From: Longimicrobiales bacterium
GTDB taxonomy: Bacteria > Gemmatimonadota > Gemmatimonadetes > Longimicrobiales > Gaopeijiaceae
Length of the DNA stretch: 10,675 bases
Reading direction: 5' to 3'
NCBI GenBank assembly: GCA_965197725.1
Contig: CBDANQ010000004.1
Coordinates: 1 to 10,675 of the forward strand
In this document: one piece after another, positions 8,605 to 10,675 of the stretch
How the letters are laid out: each line of letters starts with the position of its first letter
How positions within the stretch are numbered: position 1 is the first letter of the stretch
The notes under the pieces: model-generated
The model's input: the letters and a program-made list of their open reading frames with translations, nothing else
The model's database searches: none
What the model was told of the DNA's origin: nothing
Position numbers and translations under genes: made by a program

Positions 8605-8745
8605 CTACCGCGACTGTTCCCCGGCGATATCCGCCAACGCCGTGGCCCGATACATGAGCTGGACCTGCCCGTCGATGTCGACGTGCCACGCCAGGTCCCC
8701 CGTGGGCGTGACCTCGTAGACCTCGATGGGGCCTGAAGAGCCACC
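8605..8745 (-). pseudogene. 3' remnant of a probable arylsulfotransferase (ASST)-like beta-propeller gene
   Basis: GGSSGPIEVYEVTPTGDLAWHVDIDGQVQLMYRATALADIAGEQSR* resembles the last blade of ASST-like proteins (EV-x-P-x-G-x-x-x-W...YRA) and has GC-rich third codon positions. Upstream of about 8745 the same frame looks non-coding. Confidence 0.55.
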
Positions 8746-9066
8746 GCTACTCCATATGCTGGCATCCTCGAATGCATGGCTAAGCAATCGCCCTGGCGAA
8801 CTGGGGGATGAAGTCGAAGAAGGCACCCACAAGAATCGATAGGGCGTGCCAAAACGTACCGTGAACCGAGGCAATGATCTAAAAGCTAGGCCCCGTTGAT
8901 ACTCGAGCCTCGGGGGGGCTAGGGGCATGCCAGGGTGACTACGCACAACAGGCTTCCCCTTGCCTCGACTGTCGGGAACTGAACGCCGCTGACGGGTAGC
9001 CTGCTCGCTGGTACCCACCTAATCTGGGGCGGTCGGCCCGCGTGGGTCAGCCGCTTCGAGAAACGC

Positions 9067-9071
9067 AGGAG
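9067..9071 (+). promoter_or_regulatory. Ribosome binding site
   Basis: AGGAG 7 nt upstream of ATG 9079. Confidence 0.7.
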
Positions 9072-9078
9072 TCCTCTC

Positions 9079-10675
9079 ATGATGTCCGGCCGCATCTTTG
9101 CCTTCGCAGCCCTGGCGATGACCGCGCTCCCGCTGGGCGCGCAAGATTCTTCCGATCCGTTTGCTGCCATCCGCGCGCGTGAGATCGGGCCCGCCGGTAT
9201 GAGCGGTCGCGTAGCGGACGTCGAGGTCGTGCTCAGCGACCCCAACATCATCTACGTTGGCTCGTCCACGGGTGGACTCTTCAAATCCGACGATGGCGGG
9301 ATCGCCTGGAACCCCGTGTTCGACGAGCAAGACGTGCTGGGCATCGGCGCAATCGCGGTCTTCCAGCGCAACCCAGACGTCGTATGGGTCGGTACGGGCG
9401 AGGGGAATCCCCACAACAGCGCCGGTGTCGGGAGGGGCCTCTTCAAGTCGATCGATGGCGGCCGCTCCTGGCGGTCGATGGGGCTCGGACGCTCGGAGCG
9501 CATCCACCGGATCCTGCCGCACCCGACGGACCCGGACGTCGTGTACGTCGGCGTCATGGGACCCGCGTGGTCGGACGGCCAGGAACGTGGGCTGTACCGA
9601 ACGCGCGACGGCGGTCGCTCCTGGGATCGCGTGCTGTGGCAGAACGAGCGTACCGGCATCGCGGATGTGATCATGGACCCGTCGAATCCGGACAAGCTCT
9701 TCGCGGCGATGTGGGAGTTCAGGCGCACTCCTTGGGACCTCACGTCGGGTGGCCCTGGCTCAGGGCTCTTCGTGACCTACAACGGCGGAGATACGTGGAC
9801 CGAGCTGTCTGCTGACGACGGGCTGCCCGAGGGTGAGTTAGGGCGAATCGGCCTCGCGATCTCACCGTCGAACCCGGACGTGGTCTACGCGATCATCGAG
9901 GCGACCCGCTCCGAGCTCGTGCGCTCGGCGGACGGGGGGCGCACGTGGAGCACGATCGATGACGGGCCCGGGGCGAACCCGCGTCCCTTCTACTACGCCG
10001 ATCTGCGTATCGACCCGAAGAACGAGAACCGGCTCTACCGGTTGCAGTCTAGGATCGAGGTAAGTGAGGACCAGGGGCGCAACTGGAGGACGGTGGTGCC
10101 CAGCGAGATCGTGCACGGGGACGTGCATGATCTGTGGATCGATCCGGCAGATCCGCGTCGCATGATCCTCGGCGAGGACGGCGGTATCGCGTTCAGCTAC
10201 GACCGCGGAGACACCTGGCGCTTCGTAGAGAACCTCGCGGTGGCTCAGTTCTACCACATCGCCGTCGACGACGAGGTGCCATTCAACATCTATGGTGGCC
10301 TCCAGGACAACGGCTCCTGGTACGGTCCGAGCACGGTATGGGAGAACAAGGGCATCCTGAACGCCCACTGGCGGCGCGTAGGCAGCGGTGACGGCTTCAG
10401 CGTGATGCCCGATCGTGGCGACCCCGACAACTTCGGGTACTCGATGTCTCAGGGTGGGAACCTGCAGCACTTCAACAAGACTACCGGCGCACGACGTAGC
10501 ATTCGGCCGGTCCACCCCGACGGTATCGCGCTCCGCTTCAATTGGAACGCGGGCCTCACATGGGACCCGCTCGACCTGGGGACCATTTTCCTGGGAAGCC
10601 AATTCCTGCACACGAGCAGTGATCAGGGCCGGAGCTGGCAGATCATTTCGCCCGATCTGACCACGGATGACCCGC
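9079..10675 (+). CDS. Secreted BNR/Asp-box repeat beta-propeller protein (VPS10/sortilin-like, often annotated glycosyl hydrolase); runs off the window end
   Basis: Absent from the ORF track because there is no stop. Signal peptide MMSGRIFAFAALAMTALPLGA-Q, then REIGPAGMSGRV, WVGTGE, RPFYY, GGLQDNG, RFNWN. Eight Asp-boxes: KSDDGGIAW, KSIDGGRSW, RTRDGGRSW, VTYNGGDTW, RSADGGRTW, VSEDQGRNW, FSYDRGDTW, TSSDQGRSW. Confidence 0.93.
   Translation, partial: MMSGRIFAFAALAMTALPLGAQDSSDPFAAIRAREIGPAGMSGRVADVEVVLSDPNIIYVGSSTGGLFKSDDGGIAWNPVFDEQDVLGIGAIAVFQRNPDVVWVGTGEGNPHNSAGVGRGLFKSIDGGRSWRSMGLGRSERIHRILPHPTDPDVVYVGVMGPAWSDGQERGLYRTRDGGRSWDRVLWQNERTGIADVIMDPSNPDKLFAAMWEFRRTPWDLTSGGPGSGLFVTYNGGDTWTELSADDGLPEGELGRIGLAISPSNPDVVYAIIEATRSELVRSADGGRTWSTIDDGPGANPRPFYYADLRIDPKNENRLYRLQSRIEVSEDQGRNWRTVVPSEIVHGDVHDLWIDPADPRRMILGEDGGIAFSYDRGDTWRFVENLAVAQFYHIAVDDEVPFNIYGGLQDNGSWYGPSTVWENKGILNAHWRRVGSGDGFSVMPDRGDPDNFGYSMSQGGNLQHFNKTTGARRSIRPVHPDGIALRFNWNAGLTWDPLDLGTIFLGSQFLHTSSDQGRSWQIISPDLTTDDP

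Noticed and set aside
8827..8870. Short resemblance to E. coli 6S RNA words (CCACAAGAAT, ACCGTGAACC)
   Set aside because: Spacing is wrong and no long rod with a central bubble is evident; likely chance.
8781..8879. Minus-strand stretch IIASVHGTFWHALSILVGAFFDFIPQFARAIA* that looks like a membrane-protein end
   Set aside because: Only 32 codons between stops with no convincing start. It cannot be supported without a search, though it may be another remnant.
8605..9018. 137 aa ORF taken as an intact gene
   Set aside because: The N-terminal two thirds lack protein-like composition; only the last ~46 codons look coding.
9454..9624. Near-identical DNA repeats GA(T/C)GGCGG(C/T)CGCTCCTGG
   Set aside because: They encode Asp-box DGGRSW repeats. 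Not a CRISPR array or DNA-level element.
1200..10660. Many long alternative-frame and antisense ORFs (e.g. 4724..5953 +, 5331..6200 -, 4402..5205 -, 9862..10611 -)
   Set aside because: Shadow ORFs expected in high-GC coding DNA; they carry no recognisable motifs.

Overview
GC-rich bacterial chromosomal window. The gene set is reminiscent of Gemmatimonadota (inference, not tested). Left: a tesA/ybbA/ybbP-type block, with a GDSL-like arylesterase (minus strand, cut by the window edge) set head-to-head with an ABC ATPase and an FtsX-type permease that stops abruptly and looks C-terminally truncated. Centre: a small membrane/zinc-ribbon protein divergent from a coupled pair, a HEAT-repeat protein (split by a 1-nt frameshift) and an HD-GYP phosphodiesterase. 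These two appear to share a paralogous N-terminal 'Yxx-GHP' domain. The pair converges on a membrane diguanylate cyclase (GGEEF) coupled to a PLP aminotransferase. Right: a short 3' remnant of an arylsulfotransferase-like gene, about 280 bp of unexplained sequence, and a secreted Asp-box/VPS10-like beta-propeller protein running off the window. No rRNA, tRNA, CRISPR array or transposase was recognised. The best candidate for an undescribed system is the HEAT + HD-GYP module with its neighbouring cyclase. Several gene lesions point to local rearrangement, decay or assembly error.
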